Positions 20,977-33,384 of a stretch of DNA of 64,000 nucleotides are shown one piece after another. Origin of the DNA: Galbitalea sp. Its GTDB lineage: Bacteria; Actinomycetota; Actinomycetes; Actinomycetales; Microbacteriaceae. Under the pieces are notes generated by a model. The model saw nothing but the letters and a program-made list of their open reading frames with translations, made no database searches and had not been told where the DNA came from. Location: assembly GCA_036491035.1 (NCBI GenBank), contig DASXCU010000150.1, positions 3,560 to 67,559 of the forward strand, given 5' to 3'. Position 1 is the first letter of the stretch. Each line of letters starts with the position of its first letter. The position numbers and the translations under genes are program-made.

Positions 20977-21499
20977 CGCCATTTTTCTCCTCAATATCGA
21001 TGACAACGCCACGCGGTCGATGCTGCTGACGTGTGTGCTCATCGGCTTCATCGTGATCGTCGGTCTGGCGATCCTCGGCTGGCTCATGCGACGCCGTCGC
21101 CAACGGAACATTCCGGCGACCGAGCCTCTGCCCGCGGACATCGGCACCGTTCGCGGCGAGTTCGAGGGCTTCTACGTCTCCACCACGCTCGATGGAGAAC
21201 CGCTCAATCGGGTCGCTGTCCGCGGACTCGGTTTCCGTTCGCGCGCGACGATCGCGGTGGCCGATGCCGGTGTCGTGCTCGCGCTGCCCGGGAACAACGT
21301 CTTTATCCCGCGCGACTCCGTCCGCGAAGTGACGCGCTCCAACTACACGATCGACCGGGTCGTCGAACCGGGCGGACTCGTGCTGCTCGCCTGGACTCTC
21401 GGTGACCAAAAACTCGACAGCTACCTGCGAGTCGAAGACAACGACGGGCTCGAGTTCGCGCTCGTCAGCCTGCTCCCAACCGGAAAGAAGGCGCAGTGA
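20969..21499 (+). CDS. conserved membrane protein of the actinobacterial pyr operon (Rv1382 position), function unknown
   Basis: Occupies the pyrC-carA slot. TM helix [22 protein letters not shown] followed by a soluble domain of about 130 aa. The start is GTG 20969 (overlapping the pyrC stop) or ATG 21020. Its stop overlaps the carA GTG. Confidence 0.6.
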   Translation: MHSAIFLLNIDDNATRSMLLTCVLIGFIVIVGLAILGWLMRRRRQRNIPATEPLPADIGTVRGEFEGFYVSTTLDGEPLNRVAVRGLGFRSRATIAVADAGVVLALPGNNVFIPRDSVREVTRSNYTIDRVVEPGGLVLLAWTLGDQKLDSYLRVEDNDGLEFALVSLLPTGKKAQ

Positions 21500-22653
21500 C
21501 GATCGAGCCTGCCGTACTCGTCCTTGAGGACGGAACCCGGTACAGCGGCCACGCCTATGGCGCCAGGGGAACCGCGTTCGGCGAGGTCGTCTTCGCGACC
21601 GGGATGACCGGGTACCAGGAGACCCTGACGGACCCCAGCTATGCGGGGCAGATCGTCGTGATGACGGCGCCGCACATCGGCAACACCGGCGTGAACGACG
21701 AGGACCCGGAGTCATCCCGGATCTGGGTGTCCGGATATGTCGTGCGGGATCCGTCCCGAGTTGTCTCCAACCATCGCGCGACCCGCTCACTCGACGAGAA
21801 CCTGGTCGACGAGAACGTGGTCGGCATCAGCGGGATCGACACGCGGGCGGTGACGCGCCGCCTGCGGGACGCCGGAGTCATGCGCGGCGGGATCTTCTCC
21901 GGTTCAGATGCCCAGCTCGCACCCGAGGATCAACTCGCGCTGGTGGCGGGCTCCTCATCGATGGTCGGACAAAACCTGTCCTCGGTGGTCTCTACGACCG
22001 ACGGATACACGCTTGCTGCCGAAGGCGATCGGGTCGGAAGTGTCGCCGTCCTGGACCTCGGGGTGAAGACGTCGACGCTCCGCTATCTCGCGGCGCGCGG
22101 CTTCGATGTGAACGTGGTCCCGCAGACGATCACGCTCGAGGACCTGCTCGCCGCCCGGCCGGACGCGGTGTTCTTCTCGAACGGCCCCGGCGACCCGGGC
22201 GCATCCGACCGGCACGTCGAGTTGCTGCAGGGCGTGCTCCGGGAGGGCCTGCCATTCTTCGGGATCTGTTTCGGTAACCAACTGCTCGGGCGCGCACTCG
22301 GTTTCGGCACCTACAAGCTCCCGTTCGGCCACCGCGGCATCAATCAGCCGGTCGTCGATGTCTCGACCGGTCGTACCGAGATCACCAGCCACAATCACGG
22401 CTTTGCAGTGGATGCGCCGATCGGCGAGGTCACCCAGTCGCCGGCCGGCTTCGGTCGCGTCGAGGTGAGCCACGTGAACCTGAACGACAACGTCGTCGAG
22501 GGACTCAACGCCCTCGACATCCCCGCCTTCTCGGTGCAGTACCACCCGGAAGCGGCCGCCGGTCCGCACGATGCCAACTACCTGTTCGACCGCTTTCGAG
22601 ACCTCGTGGTCTCGCGCCCTTCGACGAACTCAGCGACCGGAGAGGTTAACTAA
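21496..22653 (+). CDS. carA: carbamoyl-phosphate synthase small (glutaminase) subunit
   Basis: [15 protein letters not shown], catalytic Cys in [10 protein letters not shown], and HNHGFAV. Confidence 0.95.
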   Translation: MTIEPAVLVLEDGTRYSGHAYGARGTAFGEVVFATGMTGYQETLTDPSYAGQIVVMTAPHIGNTGVNDEDPESSRIWVSGYVVRDPSRVVSNHRATRSLDENLVDENVVGISGIDTRAVTRRLRDAGVMRGGIFSGSDAQLAPEDQLALVAGSSSMVGQNLSSVVSTTDGYTLAAEGDRVGSVAVLDLGVKTSTLRYLAARGFDVNVVPQTITLEDLLAARPDAVFFSNGPGDPGASDRHVELLQGVLREGLPFFGICFGNQLLGRALGFGTYKLPFGHRGINQPVVDVSTGRTEITSHNHGFAVDAPIGEVTQSPAGFGRVEVSHVNLNDNVVEGLNALDIPAFSVQYHPEAAAGPHDANYLFDRFRDLVVSRPSTNSATGEVN

Positions 22654-25600
22654 TGCCCAAGCGCGACGACATCAAGTCCGTCCTCGTCATCGGCTCCGGG
22701 CCGATCGTGATCGGGCAGGCCGCAGAGTTCGACTACTCCGGCACCCAGGCGTGCCGCGTTCTGCGCGAGGAGGGCGTGCGCGTCATCCTCGTGAACTCGA
22801 ACCCGGCCACCATCATGACCGACCCGGACTTCGCCGATGCGACCTACATCGAGCCGATCACGTGGCAGGTCATCGAGACGATCATCGCCAAAGAGAAACC
22901 GGATGCGATCCTGCCCACGCTGGGCGGCCAAACGGCCCTCAATGCGGCGATCCAGCTGCACGACCACGGCATCCTGGAAAAGTACGACGTTGAGCTGATC
23001 GGCGCCAACTTCGAGGCGATCAACAAGGGCGAGGATCGTCAGATCTTCAAACAGCTCGTCCTCGACGCTGGCGCGGATGTCGCGCGCAGTCACATCGCTC
23101 ACACCGTCGACGAGGCGATCGCGGCGGCCGCGGATCTCGGCTATCCGCTGGTGATCCGGCCGAGCTTCACGATGGGTGGCCTCGGCTCCGGGTTTGCGTA
23201 CGACGAGACCGAGCTGATCCGCATGGTGACGGACGGTCTGCATCAGAGCCCCACCACCGAGGTCCTGATGGAGGAGTCCATCCTCGGCTGGAAGGAGTAC
23301 GAACTCGAACTCATGCGCGACACGGCCGACAACACGGTTGTCGTGTGTTCGATTGAAAACGTTGATCCGGTCGGCGTGCACACGGGCGACTCGATCACAG
23401 TTGCGCCCGCGCTCACCCTCACCGACCGCGAATACCAGAACCTCCGCGACATCGGCATCGACATCATTCGGGCCGTCGGCGTCGACACCGGTGGATGCAA
23501 CATCCAGTTCGCTGTCGACCCCAGGAACGGGCGCGTCATCGTCATCGAGATGAACCCGCGCGTCTCGCGGTCCTCCGCGTTGGCGTCGAAGGCCACGGGG
23601 TTCCCGATCGCGAAGATCGCGGCGAAGCTCGCCATTGGTTACCGACTGGATGAGATCCCGAACGACATCACCAGGGTCACGCCCGCCTCGTTCGAGCCGA
23701 CCCTCGACTATGTCGTGGTGAAGGTCCCGCGCTTCGCGTTCGAGAAATTTCCGGCCGCCGACACCACCCTGACGACGACGATGAAATCCGTGGGCGAGGC
23801 CATGGCGATCGGTCGGAACTACTCGACCGCTCTTCAGAAGGCACTCCGATCGCTCGAGAAGCGCGGCAGCAGCTTCCACTGGTCGGGAGAACCCGGCGAT
23901 AAGAAGACGCTCCTCGAGATCGCCGCCGTACCCACGGACGGACGGATCGTAACGGTGCAGCAGGCGCTGCGTGCCGGCGCGACAATCGACGAGGTGTTCG
24001 AGGCGACCGGCATCGACCCGTGGTTCATCGATCAGATCGTCCTCATCAATGAGGTCGCTGCCGAGGTCGCAACCCTGCGGCCGCTTGATGCAGCTCTCTT
24101 CCGCCTCGCAAAGGACCACGGCTTCAGCGACGCACAGATTGCGCAGTTGCGCGGGCTCGACCAGAGCCAGGTACGTGCGGCGCGCTGGAGCGTCGGGGTT
24201 CGACCGGTTTACAAGACCGTGGACACCTGCGCCGGTGAGTTTCCGGCGCTCACCCCCTACCACTACTCGAGCTACGACCTCGAGACCGAGGTGATCCCGA
24301 GCGACCGGCGCAAGGTGGTCATCCTCGGGTCCGGCCCGAATCGCATCGGCCAGGGCATCGAGTTCGACTACAGCTGCGTGCACGCCTCATTCGCCCTGCA
24401 CGACGCGGGGTACGAAACCGTGATGATCAACTGCAACCCCGAGACCGTATCGACCGATTACGACACCAGCGACCGGCTCTATTTCGAGCCGCTCACACTC
24501 GAGGACGTGCTCGAGATCATCCATGCCGAGAGCCAGAGCGGTGAGCTCGTCGGCGTGATCGTGCAGCTCGGCGGCCAGACCGCACTCGGTCTCGCACAGG
24601 GACTTAAGGATGCTGGCGTTCCGATCCTCGGCACGTCGCCCGAGGCAATCGACCTGGCCGAGGAGCGTGGCCTGTTCGCGAAGATCCTCGAGCGGGCGAA
24701 GCTGCTGGCTCCAAAGAACGGCACCGCGACCAATGGCCGTGACGCCGTCGCTGTAGCAGAGAACATCGGCTACCCGGTGCTCGTCCGACCGTCTCACGTG
24801 CTCGGCGGACGCGGCATGGAGATCGTGTACGACACCGAGGCGATGATCGACTACTTCGATCGGGTCCGCGACCTCGGCATCATCGGGCCCGGTTCGCCGC
24901 TGCTCGTCGACCGCTTCCTCGACGATGCCATCGAGATCGACGTCGACGCCCTCTACGACGGGCACGAGCTGTACATCGGCGGCATTATGGAGCACATCGA
25001 GGAGGCCGGGATCCACTCCGGCGACTCGGCGTGCACGCTGCCACCCGTCACGCTCGGTCGGGATGTGCTGAATCGCGTGCGCGACGCGACGCTCGGTATC
25101 GCCGAGGGAATCGGCGTTCGCGGGCCCCTCAACGTGCAGTTCGCGATCGGCCAGGGAGTGCTCTACGTCCTCGAGGCCAACCCGCGCGCGTCGCGCACGG
25201 TCCCGTTCGTCTCGAAGGCGCTCGGCATTCCGCTCGCCAAGGCCGCCTCGCTGATCATGATCGGTCGTAGGATACGCGAGCTGGTGGACAGCGGACTGTT
25301 GCCGGTCCAGGACGGCTCGGTGGTTCCCATGGATGCTCCGGTGGCGGTGAAGGAGGCGGTGTTGCCGTTCCGACGCTTCAGGACGCGCGAGGGCAACGTT
25401 GTGGATTCCGTTCTCGGCCCGGAGATGCGTTCGACGGGTGAGGTCATGGGAATCGACTCGAACTTCCCGCGCGCGTTCGCCAAGAGCCAGGAGGCGGCTT
25501 ACGGCGGTCTGCCGGCAACGGGCTCGGTCTTCGTTTCGGTGGCCGATCGGGACAAACGCGCGATCATCCTGCCGGTGCTGCGGCTCAGCCAGCTCGGGTT

Positions 25601-25964
25601 CGAGATCCTGGCCACCGAAGGAACCGCGGAGATTCTCAGTCGCAATGGAATCCCCTCGACCGTGGTCCGCAAGTATTTCCTCGGGCAGCAGTCCTCGGCC
25701 GGCTCGCCGTCAATTGTCGAACTGATCAACGAGGGCCGAGTGGATGTGGTGATCAACACGCCCAGCGGACGCAGCGCCCGCGCGGACGGTTACGAGATCC
25801 GTACGGCAACCGTCGCCGCCGACAAGCCGCTGTTCACGACGATCGCCCAGTTGGCAGCTGCCGTCGCTTCGTTCGAGGCGATTCGCGACGGCTTCGACGT
25901 CCGGAGCCTGCAGGACTACGCCCTCGATCGGGCCGCGCGTCTCGAGGCGGAGGTCGCCGGGTGA
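22653..25964 (+). CDS. carB: carbamoyl-phosphate synthase large subunit
   Basis: 1103 aa with duplicated ATP-grasp halves and a C-terminal MGS-like domain. TAATG overlap with carA. Confidence 0.97.
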   Translation: MPKRDDIKSVLVIGSGPIVIGQAAEFDYSGTQACRVLREEGVRVILVNSNPATIMTDPDFADATYIEPITWQVIETIIAKEKPDAILPTLGGQTALNAAIQLHDHGILEKYDVELIGANFEAINKGEDRQIFKQLVLDAGADVARSHIAHTVDEAIAAAADLGYPLVIRPSFTMGGLGSGFAYDETELIRMVTDGLHQSPTTEVLMEESILGWKEYELELMRDTADNTVVVCSIENVDPVGVHTGDSITVAPALTLTDREYQNLRDIGIDIIRAVGVDTGGCNIQFAVDPRNGRVIVIEMNPRVSRSSALASKATGFPIAKIAAKLAIGYRLDEIPNDITRVTPASFEPTLDYVVVKVPRFAFEKFPAADTTLTTTMKSVGEAMAIGRNYSTALQKALRSLEKRGSSFHWSGEPGDKKTLLEIAAVPTDGRIVTVQQALRAGATIDEVFEATGIDPWFIDQIVLINEVAAEVATLRPLDAALFRLAKDHGFSDAQIAQLRGLDQSQVRAARWSVGVRPVYKTVDTCAGEFPALTPYHYSSYDLETEVIPSDRRKVVILGSGPNRIGQGIEFDYSCVHASFALHDAGYETVMINCNPETVSTDYDTSDRLYFEPLTLEDVLEIIHAESQSGELVGVIVQLGGQTALGLAQGLKDAGVPILGTSPEAIDLAEERGLFAKILERAKLLAPKNGTATNGRDAVAVAENIGYPVLVRPSHVLGGRGMEIVYDTEAMIDYFDRVRDLGIIGPGSPLLVDRFLDDAIEIDVDALYDGHELYIGGIMEHIEEAGIHSGDSACTLPPVTLGRDVLNRVRDATLGIAEGIGVRGPLNVQFAIGQGVLYVLEANPRASRTVPFVSKALGIPLAKAASLIMIGRRIRELVDSGLLPVQDGSVVPMDAPVAVKEAVLPFRRFRTREGNVVDSVLGPEMRSTGEVMGIDSNFPRAFAKSQEAAYGGLPATGSVFVSVADRDKRAIILPVLRLSQLGFEILATEGTAEILSRNGIPSTVVRKYFLGQQSSAGSPSIVELINEGRVDVVINTPSGRSARADGYEIRTATVAADKPLFTTIAQLAAAVASFEAIRDGFDVRSLQDYALDRAARLEAEVAG

Positions 25965-26809
25965 GTGTCGACGACTTCGGCACGCGCCTGTCTGCCGTCT
26001 TCAGGAACTCCGGGCACCTGTGTGTCGGAATCGACCCCCATCCATACCTCCTTCAGCAGTGGAACCTTCCCGAGAGCGGGCACGGCCTGCGTGAATTCGG
26101 CAAGCGCGTAGTCGCGGCGGCCACGGGCACGGTCGGAATCGTCAAGCCACAGGTGGCCTTCTTCGAGCGCCACGGTTCGGCTGGCTACGACGCGCTGGAA
26201 CACACGCTTCAGGATGCGCGCAAGGCTGGTCTGCTCGTGATCGCCGATGCAAAGCGTGGCGACGTCGGGACCAGCGTCGAGGCCTACGCGCAGGCGTGGC
26301 TCACGCCCGGCGCCCCGCTCGAGGCGGACGCAATGACAGTGAGCGCCTACCAGGGCGTCGGTTCGCTGTCCGCGCCGATGATCCTCGCCCGGGAGCACGG
26401 CAAGGGACTGTTCATCCTCGCGGCCACGTCCAACCCGGAGTCCTTCGTGACGCAGACGGCAGTAGTGGGTGGTGGACAGGCCGTTCCACGAACGGTCGCC
26501 GCGAGTATCGTGGACGAGGTGAACAGGAGCAACGCGGCACCACTTGGCTCGTTCGGCGTCGTGATCGGTGCAACCGTCTCGCTGGCCGATTTCGGGCTCA
26601 CCGGCGACGACCTGTCGGTCACCCCTATCCTCGCTCCCGGCTTCGGTTTCCAGGGGGCCGGACTCGGTTCGCTTCGAACGACGTATGGCGCCGCCGCCGC
26701 GAACACGATCGTCAGTTCGTCCCGGGGCATCCTGGAGGCGGGACCGGGCGGCGTTCGGGCAGCGATCTCGGCGCAGGCGGTCGAGCTCGAACGAGTCTTC
26801 GCCGCATGA
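25961..26809 (+). CDS. pyrF: orotidine-5'-phosphate decarboxylase (type 2)
   Basis: [27 protein letters not shown]. Confidence 0.9.
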   Translation: MSVDDFGTRLSAVFRNSGHLCVGIDPHPYLLQQWNLPESGHGLREFGKRVVAAATGTVGIVKPQVAFFERHGSAGYDALEHTLQDARKAGLLVIADAKRGDVGTSVEAYAQAWLTPGAPLEADAMTVSAYQGVGSLSAPMILAREHGKGLFILAATSNPESFVTQTAVVGGGQAVPRTVAASIVDEVNRSNAAPLGSFGVVIGATVSLADFGLTGDDLSVTPILAPGFGFQGAGLGSLRTTYGAAAANTIVSSSRGILEAGPGGVRAAISAQAVELERVFAA

Positions 26810-27708
26810 GCCCGCGTCCCGATCCGCCCGAAGTCGACCGAGTCGCAGCATCGCGCGCGGCCGTAGCGGCCCGCCGCGCCCGCGCCGCGGTGAAGCACGA
26901 CATCGCGACGCACGCGCGCACGGCACGGGATGTTCTTGACACGGCGTGGACGAACCCGCACTCGGCCGAGGCGGGGCTTCGAGTACGTGAACTGCTGACG
27001 AGCGTGCCGACCCTCGGCCCCGTTCGCGCCGCCAAGGTGATGGGGGAGCTGGGCATCGCGGAATCGAAGCGGGCCGCCGGGCTCGGCGTGCGACAGCGAT
27101 CCGAGCTCTGGAACTACCTGTCGAGCCGCGAGGGCGGAACGGCGCCCGGCCGACTGGTCGTGCTCGCCGGGCCGACCGCCGTGGGCAAGGGCTCGGTCTC
27201 CAGTTACATCCGCGAGAACTACCCGGAGATCCATTTCAGCGTCTCCGCCACCACCCGCCCGCCTCGTCCCGGCGAGGTGGACGGTGTTCACTACTACTTC
27301 GTGAGCGACGCCGAGTTCGACCGGATGATCGACGATCACGAGCTGCTCGAGTGGGCGGTCGTGCACAACTCGTACCGATATGGCACTCCCCGGCCGCCCA
27401 TCGACGCCGCGCTCGCCGCCGGAATGCGCGTCCTGCTGGAGATCGATCTGCAGGGCGCGCGCAACGTTCGCGCCGAGGTGCCGAGCGCCGTTCTGGTGTT
27501 CCTTCTGCCGCCGACCTGGGAAGAGCTGGTTCGACGGCTGACGGGACGCGGCACGGAAGACCCGGCGGAACAGGCCCGTCGACTCGAGACTGCGAAGGTC
27601 GAACTCGCGGCCCAGGACGAGTTCGATTTTCGTGTCGTGAACACCGAGGTCGGCGCAGCGGCGCGAGAGGTCGTAGAATTGATGACACTGTCTTCCCGCA
27701 GGCCCTAG
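26806..27708 (+). CDS. gmk: fusion ORF: integration host factor mIHF-like domain plus guanylate kinase
   Basis: ATG at 26806 forms an ATGA overlap with pyrF. Residues 1 to about 105 resemble mIHF ([13 protein letters not shown]..., VSELLTS.P.LG.V.A.K.M.ELGIA..KR..GLG.RQR). These continue without a stop into the Gmk core ([44 protein letters not shown]). Confidence 0.8.
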   Translation: MSPRPDPPEVDRVAASRAAVAARRARAAVKHDIATHARTARDVLDTAWTNPHSAEAGLRVRELLTSVPTLGPVRAAKVMGELGIAESKRAAGLGVRQRSELWNYLSSREGGTAPGRLVVLAGPTAVGKGSVSSYIRENYPEIHFSVSATTRPPRPGEVDGVHYYFVSDAEFDRMIDDHELLEWAVVHNSYRYGTPRPPIDAALAAGMRVLLEIDLQGARNVRAEVPSAVLVFLLPPTWEELVRRLTGRGTEDPAEQARRLETAKVELAAQDEFDFRVVNTEVGAAAREVVELMTLSSRRP

Positions 27709-27744
27709 GCCCTGGCGGCATTCGCTTCTATCAAAGGAACTCCC

Positions 27745-28005
27745 ATGGCTGACAAGCAGACCGGAATCATCGACCCGCCCATCGACGAGTTGCTGTCGAA
27801 GGTCGACTCGAAGTACGCGCTCGTCATCTTCGCCTCGAAGCGTGCGCGCCAGATCAACGACTACTACGCCGACCTGCACGAGGGAAGCCTCTTCGACAAC
27901 GTGGGGCCGCTCGTCGACTCCACCATCGACGACAAGCCACTCTCCGTCGCTCTCCGTGAAATCAACGACGACCGTCTCGTTCTCACGTCGCTGATCGAAG
28001 AGTAA
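27745..28005 (+). CDS. rpoZ: DNA-directed RNA polymerase subunit omega
   Basis: [26 protein letters not shown]. Confidence 0.9.
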   Translation: MADKQTGIIDPPIDELLSKVDSKYALVIFASKRARQINDYYADLHEGSLFDNVGPLVDSTIDDKPLSVALREINDDRLVLTSLIEE

Positions 28006-28036
28006 GTACCCTCTCACCCTCGAGAACCCCATCCAC

Positions 28037-29218
28037 ATGAAGGTCGTCGTCGGGATCACGGGGGGAATCGCGGCCTACAAGGCCGTGAGTGTCGTGCGCG
28101 CCCTCGTGCTCGCCGGCCACTCCGTGCAGGTCATTGCGACGGACGCCGCACTCCGATTCGTTGGGAAGCCGACGCTCGAGGCGATCAGCCGCAACCCCGT
28201 GTACAGCGAGCTGTACGAGGGCGTCGCGGAGGTGCGGCACGTGGCGCTCGGCCAGGCCGCGGACCTCATCGTGGTCGCGCCGGCGACTGCGAATTTCCTG
28301 GCTCAGCTCGCGGGCGGATTCGCGCCTGACCTGCTGGGAAACACGATCCTCGCAAGCCGCGCACCCCTCGTGGTCGCTCCGGCGATGCACACGGAGATGT
28401 GGCAAAACGCGGCGACCCAGGCCAACGTGGCACTGCTGCGCGAGCGTGGCGTGACGATCGTCGGCCCCGCCGTCGGGCAGCTGACCGGCGCCGATTCGGG
28501 CCCGGGACGGATGTCCGAGCCGGAGGACATCGTGGAGACCGCTCTGGCACTGATCGCGAGCTCGCATGACCTCGCAGGTCGACGAATCCTGATCACGGCC
28601 GGCGGCACGCGCGAGCCACTGGACCCGGTTCGCTTTATCGGCAACCGTTCGAGCGGTAAACAGGGAATTGCGCTCGCCCTCGCGGCCCGCGCTCGTGGTG
28701 CGGATGTCACGCTGATTACGGCGAACGTGGAGGTTCCGCTCCCCGACGGTATCGACGTCCTTAGCGTGGGAACCACCGCAGAGTTGGCCGCCGCGGTCGA
28801 GGACCGCAGAACACACGCGGAAGTCGTGATCATGGCGGCGGCCGTAGCCGACTACAGACCGGAAACCGTCGCCGGCTCCAAGATCAAGAAAGAGACTCAG
28901 GGCGACATCCTGAGCGTCACTCTGGTACGAAATCCCGACATCCTCGCCGATCTCTCGGCGTCCCGTTCACACGGTCAGGTTGTTGTCGGATTCGCCGCAG
29001 AGACCGAGACGGACGAGGCCGCGCTGCTGGAGCTGGGCCGCGCAAAGATCGCTCGGAAGGGCTGCGACTACCTCGTCCTCAACAGCGTCGGCTGGAACAC
29101 CGGCTTCGCCACGGAGGGCAACGCCGTCAGAATCCTGAACGCGGCTGGCGATATAGTTGGCGAGGCCAGCGGCTCGAAACGAGCGGTGGCCGATCGTATT
29201 TTGGACGTGCTCCTGTAG
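28037..29218 (+). CDS. coaBC: bifunctional phosphopantothenoylcysteine decarboxylase / phosphopantothenate--cysteine ligase
   Basis: Flavoprotein N-terminal domain ([18 protein letters not shown]) and a DFP ligase C-terminal domain ([32 protein letters not shown]). Confidence 0.93.
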   Translation: MKVVVGITGGIAAYKAVSVVRALVLAGHSVQVIATDAALRFVGKPTLEAISRNPVYSELYEGVAEVRHVALGQAADLIVVAPATANFLAQLAGGFAPDLLGNTILASRAPLVVAPAMHTEMWQNAATQANVALLRERGVTIVGPAVGQLTGADSGPGRMSEPEDIVETALALIASSHDLAGRRILITAGGTREPLDPVRFIGNRSSGKQGIALALAARARGADVTLITANVEVPLPDGIDVLSVGTTAELAAAVEDRRTHAEVVIMAAAVADYRPETVAGSKIKKETQGDILSVTLVRNPDILADLSASRSHGQVVVGFAAETETDEAALLELGRAKIARKGCDYLVLNSVGWNTGFATEGNAVRILNAAGDIVGEASGSKRAVADRILDVLL

Positions 29219-29244
29219 TCACCAAATCCTGTGGAGAACCCTCG

Positions 29245-30441
<1,197 letters not shown>

Positions 30442-30443
30442 CA

Positions 30444-32420
30444 GTGCCGTCCGGGCCGTCGATCGCTCGGGTGTGGGTGGATTCGCCCCTTCCGCAGCTC
30501 GATCGCCTGTTCGATTACCGGATCCCCGAGACGCTGTCCGCGGACATCAGCGTCGGTGTGCGCGTGCGTGTGCCGTGGCGCTCGGCGGGGCGATTCGTCG
30601 ATGCCTACGTGATCGAGTTGGCCGACCGGGTGGAGTTCACCGGCGCTCTGAGCGAGGTTGAGGCGGTCGTATCCGCCGTGCCGGTGCTCGCTCCCGAGGT
30701 GGCAATGCTGGCCCGCAGGGCAGCGGATCGCGCGGCGGGCTCGGCGATTGACATCGTGCGGGTCGCCGTTCCCGGGCGTCAGGCCCGCGTGGAAAAGGCC
30801 TGGCTGGCCGCCAAGCCCGCCTCTGAGCTGCCTCCGATCCAGGCCGCTCCAGTTGCCGGCTATGTCGCCGACCTCATCGAGTCGACGGTCGCCTCCGGTG
30901 GCCGCCTTGCCGTGGATGCGATCCCTCTCGGGGTCGAGGTCGCCCCGGGCGTGTGGGTCGGCCAGTGGGCCGTTACACTCGCCGCCGCCGCCAGTATCTC
31001 TGTCGCCGCGGGGAAGTCTGCCATCCTCGCCGTTCCCGACTATCGCGACCAGGAACAGCTCGCCGCAGCCCTCGCCGCAGCGCTACCCGAGAACCGCGTC
31101 GTACATCTCGACGCGCGCCAGTCCAACCCGGATCGCTACCGCGCATTCCTTCGATGTCACGGTTCCGATGCCCTGGTAATCATCGGCAATCGCTCGGTCA
31201 TCTACGCGCCGGCACGCAACCTCGGCCTGATCGGAGTGTGGGATGACGGCGATCCACTGCACAGCGAACCGCTGGCCCCATACGTCCACACCCGCGATGC
31301 GGCGCTGCTTCGTCAGGAGCAGCAACAGTGCGCGCTCCTCTTCGTCGGTCACTCGCGCAGCACCGAGGTGGAGCGGCTCGTCGAGCTCGGCTGGCTCGAG
31401 TCGGTCGCGCCCACTCCGAGCATGCGGCCGAAGGTCATCCCGACGGCCGCTCAACTGTCCGGGGATCGACTGGCGGCGCAGGCTCGGATCCCGTCCAGCG
31501 CCTGGCGTCAGGCGAGCGATGCGGCCAAAACGGGCCCGGTCCTGGTGCAGGTCGCGCGTCCGGGGTACGCCCCGCGGCTCGCCTGCGTCGACTGCGGCCA
31601 GTCCGCTCGCTGCCTTCGCTGCGAGGGACCGCTAGCCCAGAAGACGTCGCGTTCGATCCCCGCGTGCTCGTGGTGTGGGGCTCTGGCGGTCGACTGGCAC
31701 TGCGAGAACTGCGAGGGGACGCGGCTCCGGCTGGTTGGTGCCGGCGGCGCCTCCCGTACGGCCGAGGACCTCGGGAGGGCCTTCCCGGGCGTGCGAATTG
31801 TGGTGGCTGATGGCGAGCGCCCCATCCTGTCTGTCGGTTCCGAACCGGCGATCGTCATCGCGACCCGCGGCGCCGAGCCGCGGGCGGCCGGCGGATACCG
31901 CGCGGTCCTGCTGCTCGACGGGGATCGGATGGCGGCGCGCGAGAGCCTGCGCGTCGGCGAGGATTGTCTGCGGTGGTGGTCGAACGCGACCGCGCTGGCT
32001 GCGCGCGGCGCACCGGTCTTCCTGGTGGGAGTCGGCGGCGCGCTGGCGAGCGCTCTCTCGACCTGGCGGCAAGCCGACTACGCGCGGGCAGAACTTGCGG
32101 ATCGTCGGCGACTCCGATTCCCGCCCGCGATCCGCGTCGCCTCGGTGACTGGCGCCCTGGAAGCGGTGTCGAAAGCGGTGGCGACCGTGTCGATCGCACC
32201 GGAAGATGTACTCGGTCCGGTGGAGACGGGGCAGGGGAGTGTGCGCACGATTCTCCGATTCGACTACGCCGCGGGTGCCGAGATCGCGGCGGAGCTTCGG
32301 GCTGAGATCATCCGTAGCGCAACGTCGCGCCGTCGCTCTCTCGCCGCGAAAGGGTTCTCCGGCCCACTTCCGCCGAACCTGCGCGTTCGCCTCGACGACG
32401 TCGAACCCTTCGGTCAGTAA
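30444..32420 (+). CDS. priA: primosomal protein N' (PriA) with degenerate ATPase motifs
   Basis: N-terminal 3'-DNA-binding domain (VWVDSPLPQLDRLFDYRIP). Cys-rich Zn region (CVDCGQSARCLRCEGPL...CSWCG...CENCEG). No GxGKT or DExH is visible at the expected positions. Confidence 0.85.
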   Translation: MPSGPSIARVWVDSPLPQLDRLFDYRIPETLSADISVGVRVRVPWRSAGRFVDAYVIELADRVEFTGALSEVEAVVSAVPVLAPEVAMLARRAADRAAGSAIDIVRVAVPGRQARVEKAWLAAKPASELPPIQAAPVAGYVADLIESTVASGGRLAVDAIPLGVEVAPGVWVGQWAVTLAAAASISVAAGKSAILAVPDYRDQEQLAAALAAALPENRVVHLDARQSNPDRYRAFLRCHGSDALVIIGNRSVIYAPARNLGLIGVWDDGDPLHSEPLAPYVHTRDAALLRQEQQQCALLFVGHSRSTEVERLVELGWLESVAPTPSMRPKVIPTAAQLSGDRLAAQARIPSSAWRQASDAAKTGPVLVQVARPGYAPRLACVDCGQSARCLRCEGPLAQKTSRSIPACSWCGALAVDWHCENCEGTRLRLVGAGGASRTAEDLGRAFPGVRIVVADGERPILSVGSEPAIVIATRGAEPRAAGGYRAVLLLDGDRMAARESLRVGEDCLRWWSNATALAARGAPVFLVGVGGALASALSTWRQADYARAELADRRRLRFPPAIRVASVTGALEAVSKAVATVSIAPEDVLGPVETGQGSVRTILRFDYAAGAEIAAELRAEIIRSATSRRRSLAAKGFSGPLPPNLRVRLDDVEPFGQ

Positions 32421-32454
32421 CGGCCCACCGTCCGCCGCCTGAGAGAATGGAGGC

Positions 32455-33384
32455 GTGCCCCCGCTCTCGCTCGTCTTCGCCGGTTCGCCTGCGGCGGCGG
32501 TACCCAGCCTCCTGGCACTGCATCGCACCGAGCACCGCATCGCGGCGGTCCTCACGCGTGAGGCGGCTCCGCACGGCCGTCGCGGCGTCCTGACCGAGAC
32601 ACCGGTCGCAGAGGCAGCCGAAGCGCTCGGCCTGCGGATTATCCGCGCCAATCGGCTCGCCGGCCAGGCCACGGAGGCGATCACCGACCTGAGGCCCGAT
32701 CTGGGCGTGATTGTGGCTTACGGCGGCCTGGTGCGCGAGCCATTGCTCTCGACTCCTCGGCTCGGCTGGATCAATCTCCATTTCTCACTTCTGCCGCGCT
32801 GGAGCGGCGCGGCGCCGGTGCAGCGGGCCATCATGGCGGGCGATGACCTTACCGGCGCAAGCGTCTTCCAGCTGGTCCCGGAACTGGACGCTGGCGACGT
32901 CTTCGGAACCCTCACCCAACCGATCGGCGCCCTGGAGACGGCGGGCCACCTGCTGACGTCTCTCGCCGAGTCGGGCGCCGAGCTGCTCGTGCGCGTCGTG
33001 GACGCCCTGGCCGACGGAACGGCGCGCGCCGTCCAACAGGCGGGCGACGTCTCGCTGGCGCCGAAACTCAGCCTCGAAGACGGACGCGTCGACTGGACGG
33101 CGAACGCCAACGATGTCGCTAACCTCGTCCGCGGTGTGACGCCGGAGCCGGGGGCTTTTACGACGATCGATGAGGGCCGACTGAAGGTTCTGGATGCCGC
33201 GATCGCCCGCGACGCACCTCCGCTACCGCCCGGTGCGCTCAACCTGGACGGACGTCGACTGCTGATCGGAACCGCGAGCGATCCGATCGAACTGGTGCGC
33301 GTACAGCCGGCCGGCAAGAAGCCGATGGCCGCGGCAGACTGGTGGCGAGGTCGACCGACCGATGCCGGGAGGATTGCCCGGTGA
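32455..33384 (+). CDS. fmt: methionyl-tRNA formyltransferase
   Basis: FAGSP, INLHFSLLPRWSGAAPVQRAI. GGAGG RBS. Confidence 0.93.
   Translation: MPPLSLVFAGSPAAAVPSLLALHRTEHRIAAVLTREAAPHGRRGVLTETPVAEAAEALGLRIIRANRLAGQATEAITDLRPDLGVIVAYGGLVREPLLSTPRLGWINLHFSLLPRWSGAAPVQRAIMAGDDLTGASVFQLVPELDAGDVFGTLTQPIGALETAGHLLTSLAESGAELLVRVVDALADGTARAVQQAGDVSLAPKLSLEDGRVDWTANANDVANLVRGVTPEPGAFTTIDEGRLKVLDAAIARDAPPLPPGALNLDGRRLLIGTASDPIELVRVQPAGKKPMAAADWWRGRPTDAGRIAR

Noticed and set aside
26296-26805. Upstream extension of the mIHF-gmk ORF overlapping pyrF. Similar extensions occur at 38916..39122 (trpC), 39748..39909 (trpB), 49357..49431 (pyk), 10813..10896 (aroC) and 7945..8046 (ruvX).
   Set aside because: The extensions overlap the preceding genes in another frame and lack family-like sequence. 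Internal starts with an RBS or with stop-start coupling fit better.
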